Source: Lama glama (Eukaryota). From it: a stretch of DNA of 64,000 nucleotides. The stretch's first letter is position 1; every line of letters starts with the position of its first letter. The notes under the pieces were generated by a model, which was given only the letters and a program-made list of their open reading frames with translations, was not told where the DNA came from and did no database searches. Location: assembly GCA_028534125.1 (NCBI GenBank), contig CM052817.1, forward strand, positions 21,392,001-21,456,000. Direction: 5' to 3'. Positions 25,476-38,053 of this stretch are shown here, in pieces. Made by a program: the position numbers and the translations under genes.

Positions 25476-27394
25476 TTTTTTGTCAGTTTACTTGTTTTAA
25501 GACTGATGATGTTTCAAATGGTTTAACCACTGAGACTTTTAGTATACCTTAACAGCTAATTATTTTCTTTACTCATTACAGAAAGAAACTAAAGGCTACT
25601 ATTATTAACTGGGCACTGTTAAATTTATGTTCAAATTCTGGAATAAAAACTGATAAAATATTCTCTAAAGGAATCCAAGAGTATATTAGAACTTCACTCT
25701 ACACCAACCTGCCTTGTTGAAACATGCAAACATCCAGTCTTGAAATGTGTTACACCTCTGGTAATAGTGTGTGATTTAACCTAAATCCCTAGGAAGGACT
25801 AAATCCATAATTCTTCCTTGCATATTTCATCTCCTAAACCAAATAGTTTCTGCTATTCCTGGACAGTTATAATTCTTTGATAGGAATTTTTAGTTTACTA
25901 TAGATGAAAAATAAGAAAAACTTAACTGATGGTATATGTAACCTGATTTATAGCTTAAGCCATTTACATGAAGCAGGTCATTGATGCTCAGGTAAAAACG
26001 ACAAGTCTTGTCATTTCTCACAGTGTTATATAAACACAGTATTTTTAAAAACGGTATGCTAGCTTTTATTTCAGTTATTAATATTGCCAAGTATTCAATG
26101 GTATAATGTACATTGAGTGGGCCAATGAGCAGCAGTGTTGATGCTGATAATTTGAAAATTTTCCTCCAAGAAGAAATGTATGTCCTCCTTGTAGGTGGAT
26201 GAGTGGCTATGGGAAGAAACACCAGCATGTTTATGGGTCCAATCTCATATCTTATAATACTTCTTTGAAATGGCTACATTTGACCCATTAATTTAATATT
26301 TTAGATAAACTACAATTCTACATGTGTATCTGAAATATGTGATACATTTTATTTACACACAAGATGGGCATTTTGTGTCTTAGATGTTTTTTAAATTAGG
26401 ATAAACTAAATGTATCAGGAGATGGCATAACTTATAGAAGACTGTATTTTATTTTCTTGGAAACCTTTGACTTCTAGGAAGTTGACTGGCTTGGGGATTT
26501 ATTAACACATATTAATAACGTCAGGACAATTTCTGAAATTCACTGCGAGTGGAAGCTATTCAGAAAAGATGCTGTCTGGGTTTTGAACAGGGTGACTTTC
26601 CTTAACGCACTCCACTTTTTCACCCATGTGTTATCTCTACATTATTTCAGAGTTGAAATTAGTGCTATTGTCAAGAGTTCATAATGGAAGTGCCACTGTT
26701 ATTCAGTGTTTATATTATACTGAAAACAATGATCAAAGATTAATTAAAGGTTAAGGAACAGTGGGTTAGAAAACAAGTAAACACACACTCACAAAACTGG
26801 CAATTAAGGTTAGAAGCACATAATGAGTGGCAAAATTCCCTCTTAGTGATTAAGTATATACTGCAACTGAATGTAAAAATCAAAGGTGATAGTGACAGAA
26901 ATTAATTTTGTTCATATCATGGACAGTTACAGGAGACACAGCACCAAGCAAGTTCATAGAGTTGCAAAAACTGAAAACACAAAAGACTTATTAAGGGCAT
27001 CAAGTTCATCTCACGCCTGGTGAAAGCTTGTTTAGAAAAAGAATGATGGATGGTTCTTATTCTTAGTCTTCTCTAGTTTGAAACATTTGGAGAAGTAAAG
27101 CTTTTGCTTGTCCTCATTTCAATTCAGAACAGTCCCAATCTAACATATCCCTTTCATCATAAACATGCCCCATGTATATACCCAGAGCTCTCCAAAAAAA
27201 ACTGCCCTTTCTGAAGCACAGCCAATTTTATCTTTTTTGTGCCTTTTCATAGTTTTCATACTGTTGAAATAGCCTCCCCAGATTTTCCATAGCATTTTCT
27301 TCAACTGTTTTAGGTCATCACAAAGGCCATCACCGTCATGAAGCATTTCCTCAACTACTCAATTTTTACTTCTTTATCTTTACTTTTTAATTTC

Positions 27395-27603
27395 TTAACT
27401 TTTTATTTTAAACTAATTTTAAACTTATAGAAAAGTTGCAAAAATAGTAAGGAAACCTTTATATCCTTCTTCCACTTTCCTTAATATTAATATTTTAATT
27501 AGTTGTAGTACAATTATCAAAAGTATGAAATTGATATCATCACAATACTATTTAAAAACTACAGACTATTCAATTGTTGGCAGTTTTCCACTACTGCCCT
27601 TGT
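27395..27603 (-). mobile_element. L1MC-type 3' end
   Basis: 'ttttattttaaactaattttaaacttatagaaaagttgcaaaaatagta..gtacaattatcaaaa..actacagact'. Confidence 0.75.
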
Positions 27604-27713
27604 ATTGAATACCTGTAGCTAGATTCATGAGACTGGAATTCATGGAAGAGATTGTGGCTAGAGATTATTTATTTGGGAATTATAAATATATAGAATATTT
27701 AAAATCATGGTTT

Positions 27714-27850
27714 GGGGGAGGGTATAACTCAGTGATAGAGTGTGTGCTTAGCATGCAGAGGTCCTGGGTTCAATCCCCAATACTTCCATTAAAACATACA
27801 TATATAAATCAATTAACCTAACTACCCCCCCTCAAAAAATTAATAAAATA
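27714..27850 (+). mobile_element. Vic-1-like tRNA-derived SINE (camelid)
   Basis: 'ggggagggtataactcagtgatagagtgtgtgcttagcatgcagaggtcctgggttcaatcccc', A-rich middle, C-run and A tail; degenerate TSD taaaatcatggtttgg / taaaataaatggatttgg. Confidence 0.9.
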
Positions 27851-28329
27851 AATGGATTTGGAGGAGATCACCTAGGAAGTGACTGCAGACACAAAATAAG
27901 ATATCAAAATATTTGTCCATAGAGGTGTTTATCATTCAGAAACTGGGAAGATGCAAATTCACCAAAGAAACTGAAAAAGACTATCTAGTGAGTGCTGAGG
28001 TTGACATACCAAGTATAAAAAAAATACTGATAGTGGATTATTAATTTTGAGAAAGAAGTCCTGAATAAGAAATCTGGGATTTGACCCTATGCATACAGAG
28101 CAAAATTTAAATGATCATTTTTAAAGAAGGAAAGGCTGTGTTTATAGCTACAGACCCAGGTATGTCAGTAGTTAATAGTTTTGGTAACATGTAGAAATTC
28201 TCTTCTATTAGCTTTATTTTTAAAGTGAAATTTCTAAAAGCAAGATTACCAGCTGAGAGTGAGGACCAAGGAGGAGGTGAAAATAAGGGTATCAAAAGTA
28301 AGAAATTTCAACAATCAAAGCTTCACACA

Positions 28330-28686
28330 GGGAACAGCCTTCTTACTCACTAGCTGTCTGGGTTGTTTTATTTAAGCTCATCTACTGGGTGGATCTCTTC
28401 CAAGTGGCTCTTGGATTCAGTCTCTGTCCAGTAGCTGGCTCCCATGGACTTCCAGCATGAAGCTTCATCCATGTGCAGGAAGGGCCAGTAGGGGGAATGT
28501 GGAGTGGGAACATTAGTTCTTAACTGCCTTGATTTTCAGGTGACTCATAATTTGTGGTCACATTTCATTGTCAAGAATGAATCACTTGTTCTCTGCTCAA
28601 TTGTGACAAGGCCAAGCACGACCGTTTAGCTCCATCACCAGGTGGAGGAAATGGCTTTTGTGAGCATGTAGCTCATCTTTGCTATA
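28330..28686 (-). mobile_element. Old MaLR LTR (MLT1-like)
   Basis: 'ggtgactcataatttgtggtcacatttcattgtcaagaatgaatcac..ttgtgagcatgtagctcatctttgctata'. Confidence 0.55.
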
Positions 28687-30157
28687 AAGGGGGAAAAGGG
28701 GGAAACACTACTTAAATCCTTAGGAAGATAAAAATGATTGGATATAGGAAAACTGCTGAGCAGAACTGAAGTCTCCCTTGAGATTTATGATTCTAAGTGA
28801 GAGTATTTTGCATAGTTTAATCTAGTTCTTAAAGTCATGGTCATGTCTCTAAAGTTAAGGTAGTCAGTTTGGTTGTGATGTTTTCTGCCTGTGGGGACTA
28901 GGAAGAGAGCTGGACTTAATCACATTAGAGTTTTGCCTGGAAGGTTCAAGTGAAGGAGGCAACAGAGTTAAAGGAATATGCAAAGGAGTGATTATAAAGT
29001 TGACTGGAACAAAAGCCCAATAGGGAAGAACATAAAGATAAAAACTGAGAAATAATGAAAAGATTGTAGGGTCAACAGACCCTGGCCCCCTGGGATTTAA
29101 AAAAAAAAAGAAAAAGTTGAGTCAGGGACCAGAGGGGATGAAGCAGAAATGTAGAAGTTGTGGTCAAGTAGTAAAGAGCTTATAATTGGATGTGACAATG
29201 AGAGATGGGATAAAGAGGAAGATCATCAGAGGTGAAAATATTGGAAGTAACTTCTACAGGAATGTTGAAATAATTCTGAATTACGATAGGAGAAATAGAG
29301 TGGCAGTGATTCAGGGGATGAAATCTTCAGGTTATGAAGAAGAGTAGACTGGGGGACTGCAGATGATCATATGATTTTCAAAAGAGTTTTATAGACTAGA
29401 GAGAATCATCTGGAAGTGACAAAAAGGATCCAAAAGATGCCTGTTCAACCTCTAGGCACTGATGTGTTTGAGAGGAAAAACAGCCATCCTCAGAGAGATC
29501 CAAGGAAAACAAAGTCTTGGGGCACTGTGATGATTTTGTTTTTAACAAGATGGTGAAGGAACTCTGGAAACAAGGGATTTCGCTGATAAAAAAAAAAGGC
29601 ATGAATTTCAATGGACAAATAAAAGTTTCCTTACTGTCCAGAAGAGTTAGATTGGATCAGATGAAGAGATTTACAGAGTTATTTCAGGATGAGAATCCTG
29701 TTGATGAGGGATGATAGGAAAGTAGTTAATTTCAGTAGCTTTGATCAGTTGACTGTTATTTTATATCTTTTCCCAGTTATCTCCGGAACACAATGCATTT
29801 GTTTAGGCAATGGTTTAACCTCACACACAACACACTTGGATACATATACACACACAAACAAAGGAGATATGACCTGGAATATAAATCACATGCATAATAC
29901 TTGAGAGGCCAGAATGTAAATCAACAGAGATGCCAAATGCATCATAAAGGCTGAAATACTGTAATAACCAGAGGGAAGAAATTCAGTTTACGTAAGTATT
30001 AGAGGATTTGGGTTTTATTTTTTTGTCAATGGTCTTATTGTTGAAGGAAGATAAACTATTATCTAAAATCAAGTGAGTCATTTTCATGTGATTAGACTCA
30101 TCTGTTCTTGGAAATACTAAGGGATTCTCGAAGTGATTTAAAACTTAAGAAATTATA

Positions 30158-30538
30158 TTCTAAGTGAAGTAAGCCAGAAAGAGAAAGAAAAATATCATAT
30201 GAGATCACTCATATGAGGAATCTAAAACAAAAAAAACAAAACAAAACATAAATACAAAACAGAAACAGACTCATAGACATAGAATACAAACTTGTGGTTG
30301 CTAAGGGGGTGGGGGGGTGGGAAGGGACAGACTGGAATTTTAAAATGCAGAATAGATAAACCAGATTATACTGTATAGCACAGGGAAATATATACAAGAT
30401 CTCGTGGTAGCTTATAGTGAAAAAAAAAGTGACAGTGAATATATATATATGTTCATATATAACTGAAAAATTGTGCTCTACACTAGAATTTGACACAACA
30501 TTGTAAAATGACTATTACACAATTAAAAAAGTAAAAAA
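30158..30538 (+). mobile_element. Young 5'-truncated L1 (camelid-type 3' end)
   Basis: 'ttctaagtgaagtaagccagaaagagaaagaaaaatatcatatg', G-rich tract, 'ctgtatagcacagggaaatat', poly-A; flanked by AAATTATA on both sides (TSD). Confidence 0.9.
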
Positions 30539-30827
30539 AAATTATAATGTTTTGTTAAATTTATTAAGTCTATTATCATCCTGAAGATAGACAACTATTG
30601 AAAATAAATGAAGAATTGGTATCAAAGACATGCAACCAGAATTTTAATTAATGCTTGTGCTAACTGATCTTTACTAACTGGGATGAAGAAATGTTATGTG
30701 GTAATTAGATTAAAAAATTTAGTAACAGAAAAAATCAGTATGTTATTAAGACTTAAACCACCCAATGCTTAACAGCATGGTGGTATAGGCTATATAAGTA
30801 GTAATCATAGCTGGTTCTCTTCCCTTT

Positions 30828-31365
30828 CCAGGTATACTCAGTTGAGCTAAAATGCTTGTTTTGAAAATGCGAATTGGTCCCAACTTGATTGATAAAGGAG
30901 GGAACTGTTTGGGCAAAATAAGAACTTTGTATTTGCTTACATGCAGACTCATCAGGAGAAACACTAGTGAACACAGAAAACTGTATGTAACTGCATCGAG
31001 CCATGTAAGGATTACACAAACCGTGCAAACTCCTAACATCTCTGCCAGCTACTTCGGTTCCCAATGCACATCAGAACTTCCCATCATTTCAGATAACCCT
31101 CCTTCCACCGCTTCCCAATAATCCCCAAGATGTGTTTATTCTGATGCTCACTTCTGCAAATAAACCTTAGGTTTCTTTCAAGGTGAACTGACTTTGTTTT
31201 TTGTAGTATTTATAAAACTTTGCTACTATTTTTATTACGTTTCTTTTTTTAAAAAATTATAAGTCACTGATGAAGTTTTTGAGTGCTGTTCCCCTAATCT
31301 TATTTCTTTGTGTAAGTCTTTTGTGGTTTGTGTTTCATGATTCTATATAGTGTGGTAACTTTTGG
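30828..31365 (+). mobile_element. Tigger13a-like TcMar-Tigger DNA transposon
   Basis: 'gcttgttttgaaaatgcgaattggtcccaac..gagaaacactagtgaacacagaaaactg..tttcagataaccctccttccacc..gtcactgatgaagtttttgagtg' follows the remembered Tigger13a consensus. Confidence 0.75.
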
Positions 31366-31369
31366 GTAG

Positions 31370-31745
31370 AACTAACCACACTGGAAATTCATACTCCTCA
31401 GCCTCCTTTCAGTGGGGTAGGCACAATCATGTGACTTCTTCTGGCTAATAGGCTATAAGCAGAAGAAACATGTAACTTGTCGGGTAAAGTACAGGCTCAT
31501 AGACACACAACTCTCCAACTGTCTCCTGTTCTGCCTTATCAGTGTGGGAAGTTAAGTATTCCAGACAGTGCAGCTGCAGAGGGTAGAACCTCGCTCAACT
31601 AGATCATTTCGTCTCTGCATGGAGGACAGTTTCTTTCAAGAAATTTTGGAAGAACATCAGATTTTATATAAGAGAAAAATAAATACTTATAATGTTAAGC
31701 CACTGAGATTTTGAAGTTGTCTCTTATAGGAACATGACTATTAAA
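31370..31745 (+). mobile_element. Old MaLR LTR (MLT1J-like)
   Basis: 'catgtgacttcttctggctaatagg..gcagaag' and 3' 'agagaaaaataaatactta..gttaagccactgagattttg'. Confidence 0.75.
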
Positions 31746-32684
31746 AAAGTAATCAACAAATTGCATGAGTCTGGGGTATAAAGTGCTTCACCATTGACCT
31801 ATTCTGTGGTTTTTAACATTCATCTTTATTAATTTTACCTTGGAAGTATATGAAGTCCTCTGTATCAGAGGTGCTCGGTACTTCTTATTAAATACATCAC
31901 AGTAAATATTAAGCATCTGTCCAACCTTGCCCTCTCTCACCCTAGTCCTTACCCTTAGAGCAGTGGGGTGAGAGCCAGGTCAATGGTCCTATGCAAATCA
32001 CTGGACAACTTAGAGATGAGAGATGAGGAAGAATGATTTTATTTTGCTTATAAAGGAAAAGAAGCCACTGCCCCCTCCCCTCCTCAGCATCTACTCTCTA
32101 CTCCAGCTCTTTGGTATAAAATTAAAATCTCTCCAGGAGCCAGATAGCCCCCCAGTGCCTCTGCTTTGGGCACTTAAGATGTGTCTAAGTTATCTGGCTT
32201 CACTGTTCTTTGAAATGCAAATATGTAGAAAAATGGCAGCTCTGGCCTTCTTGGCATGCTGGGAATTTGACCTAGGACCCTACTCTGGGATGTAACACTG
32301 GTCTCCTAAAGATAAGAATAAGTTTTATTATCCTTTTGGATAAAACCAATTAAATAGAGAAGCATCTACAGATAGAATTCTTATGCTCTGTGAAGAATCT
32401 TAGAAGACTGAGGCTTTTTGCAGAAAACACTGAGAAATCCAGGAAATTTTTTACTCCCATACCTATCAATGTAGCAAACAGGATGCCTCCTTTTTTTATT
32501 GCCCGCTAACAGGTTACTACAATTAATTGTTGAGTCCAAGTTGAGTTATATACACCTTCTGATAAAGTTGACAAATTATGTTTTTTTCTGAGATGGGATT
32601 AGATAATTTTGTGCTCCAGGTCAAAACAAATACCAGTACAAATGGTTTTTAAATTTTCAAAGAATAACTTTTGTTTTCTGACTT

Positions 32685-32940
32685 AGTACTAACAGTAACT
32701 AACACTTGTTCAAACACTAACTTTGGGTCAGGTACTATTTTAAGGGTTATATTAACTCATTCATTTCCCACAACCCAGTAAGGTAAGTACTATTAACAGC
32801 TTTATTTTACATGTAAGGAAACTGAGGTACAGAGAAGTTAAGATATTTTTCCAAGGTGACATAGTAGATGTGTAGTAGCAATCTAATCCTAAGTCTGAAT
32901 CTAAGACTCCAGTCTCTTAATTAATATACTCTACTGCTCT
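32685..32940 (-). mobile_element. Near full-length MIR
   Basis: 'ttttacatgtaaggaaactgaggtacagagaagttaag..ccaaggtgacatag..agactccagtctcttaat'. Confidence 0.85.
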
Positions 32941-33079
32941 TAATATAGTGAGGTATATAATATGTTCCACTGATTCTCTCCCATGTCCATCCAACCTATG
33001 AGATTTCATTGAAGTGAGATGGAGATTAATGGCTCAGTTACATCAACAACAATTTTGAGAGTGACGCAAAAGCAATTGC

Positions 33080-34280
33080 ATAAACAGGCATAATATGTGC
33101 AATAATAGACTCAATAAGTGGGTCAAAAACCAAAATGAATATAGCTGAATAATAAATCAGTGAGCTGGAATATAAGGCTGGGAATTTAATCAGAAAACAT
33201 AAATGTAAAGTAAGTGGGTAATAAGAAGAGAAACAAATGTGTTCATTTACATGTAAAAAAGTCTCAGACAAATAAAAGTGAAATATCTATTCAGGCATAT
33301 ATATTTGAAAAAATAATGGCAAAGAATTGCCAGAAGAAAGGAAAGGTGTGAGGCTTTATACTGAAAAGGTAATTGGCATGCCAAACAGCATAGATAAGAA
33401 AGAATTCACAGCTAAAAACCATACAAATTAAAAAATATCAAAGACAAAGTTCAAATTCCAAAACCTTCTAAAGAGAGAAAACCATAAATAAGAATTATAC
33501 TGACATGCTTCTCAGCAAAAACACTGACTATAAAAAGACAATGGAGTAATATTTTCAAAATGTCAAAGGAAAGAAACTTAAAGCTAGAATTTTATATCCA
33601 GTAAAAGTGTAAGTATTGTGAATGAAAAATACTGCAAACCATATCAGTAAACAAAGAATGCTGAAACCATCAGGTCATCAGCAGCTGCCACCACCCAGCA
33701 GTGAAGACAAGCCTGCAGCCCAGCCTCGCAGCCACTCACAATGGTGCACCCTGAGGGGACTCAGAATAAGAAAGGACAGGATACTGGCCCTAGATAGCTA
33801 GGGGGCTTGTCAAAGGAATGAATTCAAGGAGCCCAAATGTTTGCTTCCTCCCATACATAGAAAAGCACTAAATTCTTTAACTTGAGATGCCTGATTTCTT
33901 TAAGAAATCTTTAATTGTTTCAACTGCCTAGTCTTTGTTGTAAAGTTCCCCTATATCCTAGCTCCTCCCCTACCTCTTTGGAGCAGTCCCTCAGAGCGAT
34001 CTGGGAGGCTGTCATCCCAGCTCAAGTCCTCCCACCAAATAAAACAGAACTCTCAACTTTTAGGCTGCACATTTATTTCAGTCGACAGTATTAAGGAGAA
34101 TATTAACCTTGAAAATTTAACCAAAAAAATGAATCTTTTTGAAAATATACTTGAAGAAAATATCCTAACAAAAGGGGGGGAAAAAACTTGTCTGAGGACA
34201 TTATAAAATATTAGTGAGGGTGGCTAAGTAACCAATAATGTTTGCTATTGTGTGAATAAGCAGTCAAACAAAAGTAACAT
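33080..34280 (+). mobile_element. Old L1/HAL1 ORF1 fragment split by an LTR
   Basis: 'aaatcagtgagctggaa..aaataatggcaaagaatt..aaagacaatggagtaatattttcaaaatg..ctagaattttatatccag' is decayed ORF1. Confidence 0.7.
33617..34087 (+). mobile_element. Intact ERV1-class solo LTR (471 bp)
   Basis: TG..CA termini; perfect 4-bp TSD GTAT (33613-33616 / 34088-34091); AATAAA near 34038; 3' end similar to 55600-55740. Confidence 0.9.
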
Positions 34281-34284
34281 AGGC

Positions 34285-34862
34285 TTATTAGTCAAGGTTC
34301 TCCAGGGAAACAGAATCAATAGGTCAATATAAAATATATCATTAAATATATATTATAATTTATATGTATTATATATGCTCTATATAAATATATTAAATTT
34401 ATTTATTGTATATCATATATCTATTCTATATACCAATAATATATATATTATATTCTATTGGAACAGTGAGGTACTAGCTCATTGTTATCTGTAAGCTGGA
34501 GACACAGAAATGGTGGTGGTGGTGTTCAAGGGCCTGGGATCAGGGGGACAAATGGATTTCAGCACAGGTCTGATGGCCTGAGAATCAGGACTGCTGAGGG
34601 CAGAAGACTGATGTCACAGCTCAAGCTTCCAGGCAGAGCCAGTGAATTCTCCCCCATACACCTTTTTGTTCTGCTCAGGTTCTCAGTGGACTGGATGATG
34701 TCCACCCAAGTTGAGGAAGGCAATCCTCTTTATTCAGTCTACTGACTCAAATGCTAATCTCTTCTAGAAACACCCTTATCCACAGACCTATCTAGAAAAT
34801 AAATTTAAACAGATATGTGAGTATCTCATGGCCCAGTTAAATTGACACATAAAATTATCACA
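34285..34862 (-). mobile_element. MLT2 (ERVL) LTR with expanded internal AT tract
   Basis: 'ttagtcaaggttctccagggaaacagaatcaatagg', AT-rich expansion about 34325-34455, 'tcaaatgctaatctcttctagaaacaccc..aaattgacacataaaatt'. Confidence 0.85.
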
Positions 34863-34939
34863 ATAGGTATAAAAATATTGACAATATTCTATGTATTGAT
34901 GAGGTTCTATGTAATAATAATACAATGTGTTGGGGGCTT

Positions 34940-35078
34940 TTCTTAGTCTGTTTGGGTTGCTATAAGAAAATACCATAGTCTTGGTAGTTTAAACAGCAAA
35001 CAATTACTGCTTGGAGTACTGGGGGTCAGGAAGTTCAAGATCTAGGTGCTGGCAGTCTGGTGTCTGGTGAAGTCTGTG
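34940..35078 (-). mobile_element. MLT1A/B-like MaLR LTR fragment
   Basis: 'tcttagtctgtttgggttgctataagaaaataccatag..ggaagttcaagatctaggtgctggcag'. Confidence 0.75.
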
Positions 35079-37902
35079 TGTATTCTTTTCAGAAAGAAAT
35101 AGTCATGACAGATTGTTCCACCAGTAAAAGTGCTGCCAAGTGAAGTTCATCCAAAGTGCTACGGTCTTATCACTAGGGGACTTCTAATGAGTTATCACAC
35201 GTGAGATCCTAAGAAACAATAACTTTTACTTTCAAGTCAGTCTGATTAAACACAATAGAAGAAATGAAGTAAAGGCTTTGAAATGAAGGCCCACCCATGA
35301 GATACTGTCCAACATTAGTAAGGGAAGAGATCATGCAGTTAGGACAATCAAAATAACAGGAAAGAATGTTACAATACTTAAGACTGATATAGAGCGCCTT
35401 CTAACCTTCTAATTAATTATTTAACATATTTGGTTCTGAAATGCCTGAGTACTAATGAGACATTTTTATCCAAAAGGAGTCATTTTGCTAGGGTGTTTCC
35501 AACTCTCTCAAATGAGAATACATATAAACATACCAACCAGTATTATAAATTTTAACCTCAAGGAATTGGGGTATATATCCCTTTACATAAACAAAAAATA
35601 AATAATTTATTTTTATTATAAACATATTGCTTGGCTTTTGCAGTTTTAAAAACTTGTTGTTTATATGAATGGCAATGGAAAGGATGCATGTTTCTTCCTT
35701 ATTTTTGACTTCTTCTTGACTTGGCTCCAGTTAACCTTTGCAGCTTGTTCAATGAGAAACTCCAGTGAACTGTATCACTGTACACAATTAATGGCTGAGT
35801 GGTCTATAACAAATGAAAATGCCACCACTGCTTAGCAATTAGCTTATGGATCATCTCCAAGCACTTAGAACCTCTTCTGTCTACGGCATTTAAACATGCT
35901 GGGTGATTTAAATTATACTTAAAGCGAACAGCAATATTCAATTACTAGTGGGTTCATTGTGTGGAATTGTCACCATTATGATTAACAGCCCTTATGAAAA
36001 ACAATTAATTTGGTGTCTTGTTGCTAGGTCAATTATAAAAGTTAATTCCCCTGGGGGAAGAATTCTGTTTATCAGTACCTACCCTTTTTAATGCTTTGAT
36101 CTAAAACATTAACATGATCCCTTTAAGAAAAATTTGCAGACTTATGTGTGAAAATGTATCTCCAACATTAACCCAGGAGGAAAAAATGATGGAGTCCATT
36201 TTTTTTTTCTTGCTAAAAGAACATAGTGACAGGTAAAAGGGAAATAAAAGCTTCAATCTACCCAGACATCAGGTATATTCTCTCATATTTCAAATCTACC
36301 TTTGGGAACTCAATTACTCACATTCAAGGGAGGAATCGCAGTTAGACAAAGATTTTTGACTTTTCATGGAAGAGTTCAAGTACCAAGGAGATATGTGTCA
36401 TTTCAAACCCAGGAGCATAAAACACAAATAGCTATCTCATCTGACTAAACCCCTGAGTTAAAAACAGGAAACAGAGCAACACAGTTTTTTTTAGCAAATG
36501 TTTTCAATACGTATATAAAAGAGCTGTTCCTGGCTTCTTCATAATACCTTGGGTGAGGTGAGAGAAAATACCACTCTGCTCTTTTGAAAATCATTGTCTG
36601 CTCACAGTTATAGTCTTCCCTGAAGGAGACAGGATTTAGTATCATTTTCCTCTATGAAGATCTTGGAATAAAGGGTCAATGAGTTGGATGGCGCTTTCAT
36701 GGTGGTTATATCTGTCATATTTATATTCGTATTTGTTGCATTTGTGTCAATTATACCGATGGATCTGTTTGGATGATGTCTCAACCTCTTTTCTAGTCTT
36801 TCTTTTCCAAAAGTATTGTCTAATGTTATTTAATCCTTTGCAATATATCTTCTTCATGACTAATCTTTCTTTTTCCCTTAATCAAATTCTTCAGTTGGGC
36901 CTATATAAAAGTTTCCTATATCATAAATTGTTACTGCTCTGGGCTTCTCATGTGTCTTGCCAAAAAGAAAGAAAGAAAGGAATTAAAAAAATTTATAAAC
37001 CTACAGAATTGGAAGAGAAAATTTAACTGTTCATTCATAGTATAAATGAATGAACCTACAATTATTGAGAAATTTTAGGATTGCAGTTTGACATGGCAAT
37101 TTGTTGCCTGTCTTGATCTTACTGAACAATCTAAGAATGAGACCATGCCAGGGTCTCCTTTTCTGTGTACCAACATCATCCTATATATGTTTTTATTTTA
37201 CCTTCTCACCATACATTGTAATAATACCGATGTATGATTCTCCATCCCATTATAACTTAAGGATAATAACAGTGCATTATTCATCTTTCTATCACTTATG
37301 TTTATACAGCATATGGCCTATAGATATTTGCTAATAAATTAATGAGTGAATTAATAACTGATATATTATTCATTTTATTCAGCAAATATATTGAGAAACA
37401 ATTGAGAACTCTGCTAGGAGATGTATACACAATGGTAAACAAAGTATCATTGTTCAATAGTACTGTCCAATAGTACTTTCTACTAATAATATTGGGCTAT
37501 CCAAATATCCATATCAGTAAAATATAATAAGACTCAGAAGCTACATGGTTTACTCTTATAGGCCAAATAGTCTGGCCAAAATCCAAAAACAGACTCTCGG
37601 GAATTTGCTAGTGGATGAAACTCAATCAGGAATAGCTTTAAATAGGTTACAGAAAAAGGATAAAGATGAATGAATGAATGAATGCATGAAAGAAAGAAAG
37701 AAAACACTACAACTATATCTAATTAACTTAGAATTTTATGGTTTGTAAAACATAATGGGGAATGATACCTTGTTGATGCTAAGAATATTATAAAAACAGT
37801 TTTGGTTTTGTTATTCCCATTTCACAGCCAAGGAAAATAATTCTCAACAATTAAAAGGACTTCTGTAAAGAAGGCACAGAAATTTGAAGCAAGAATATTT
37901 GG

Positions 37903-38053
37903 CAGCCTTGTTTCTCAAAATATTGTCCTTGGATCAATAGCATGGTATCTGGGAATTTATTGGAAATGCAGAATCTTATATCTCAGACATACAGAATCAA
38001 ACTCTTCCTTGAGTATATTTCTCATGTGATGTAACATTTGAAAAATGCTGCTC
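37903..38053. mobile_element. MER5-like hAT MITE
   Basis: 'tttctcaaa..ctgggaatttattggaaatgcagaatct..cagaatcaaactct..tttgaaaaatgctg'. Confidence 0.65.

Larger units (their letters stand above)
27605..29740 (-). mobile_element. Long fragmented L2 with younger insertions
   Basis: Purine-rich antisense L2-like sequence ('ggaggagatcacctaggaagtga', 'gagtggcagtgattcaggggatgaaatcttcag'), interrupted by a SINE and an MLT1 LTR. Confidence 0.55.

Noticed and set aside
27714..27790. tRNA-Ala-like gene (also at 18199 and 57676)
   Set aside because: A-rich tails, TSDs and degenerate stems show these are SINE copies, not tRNA genes.
34325..34455. AT-only tract (also about 52235-52315 and 52855-52930)
   Set aside because: Ordinary (TA)n-derived low complexity; no repeat-spacer structure suggesting an array.
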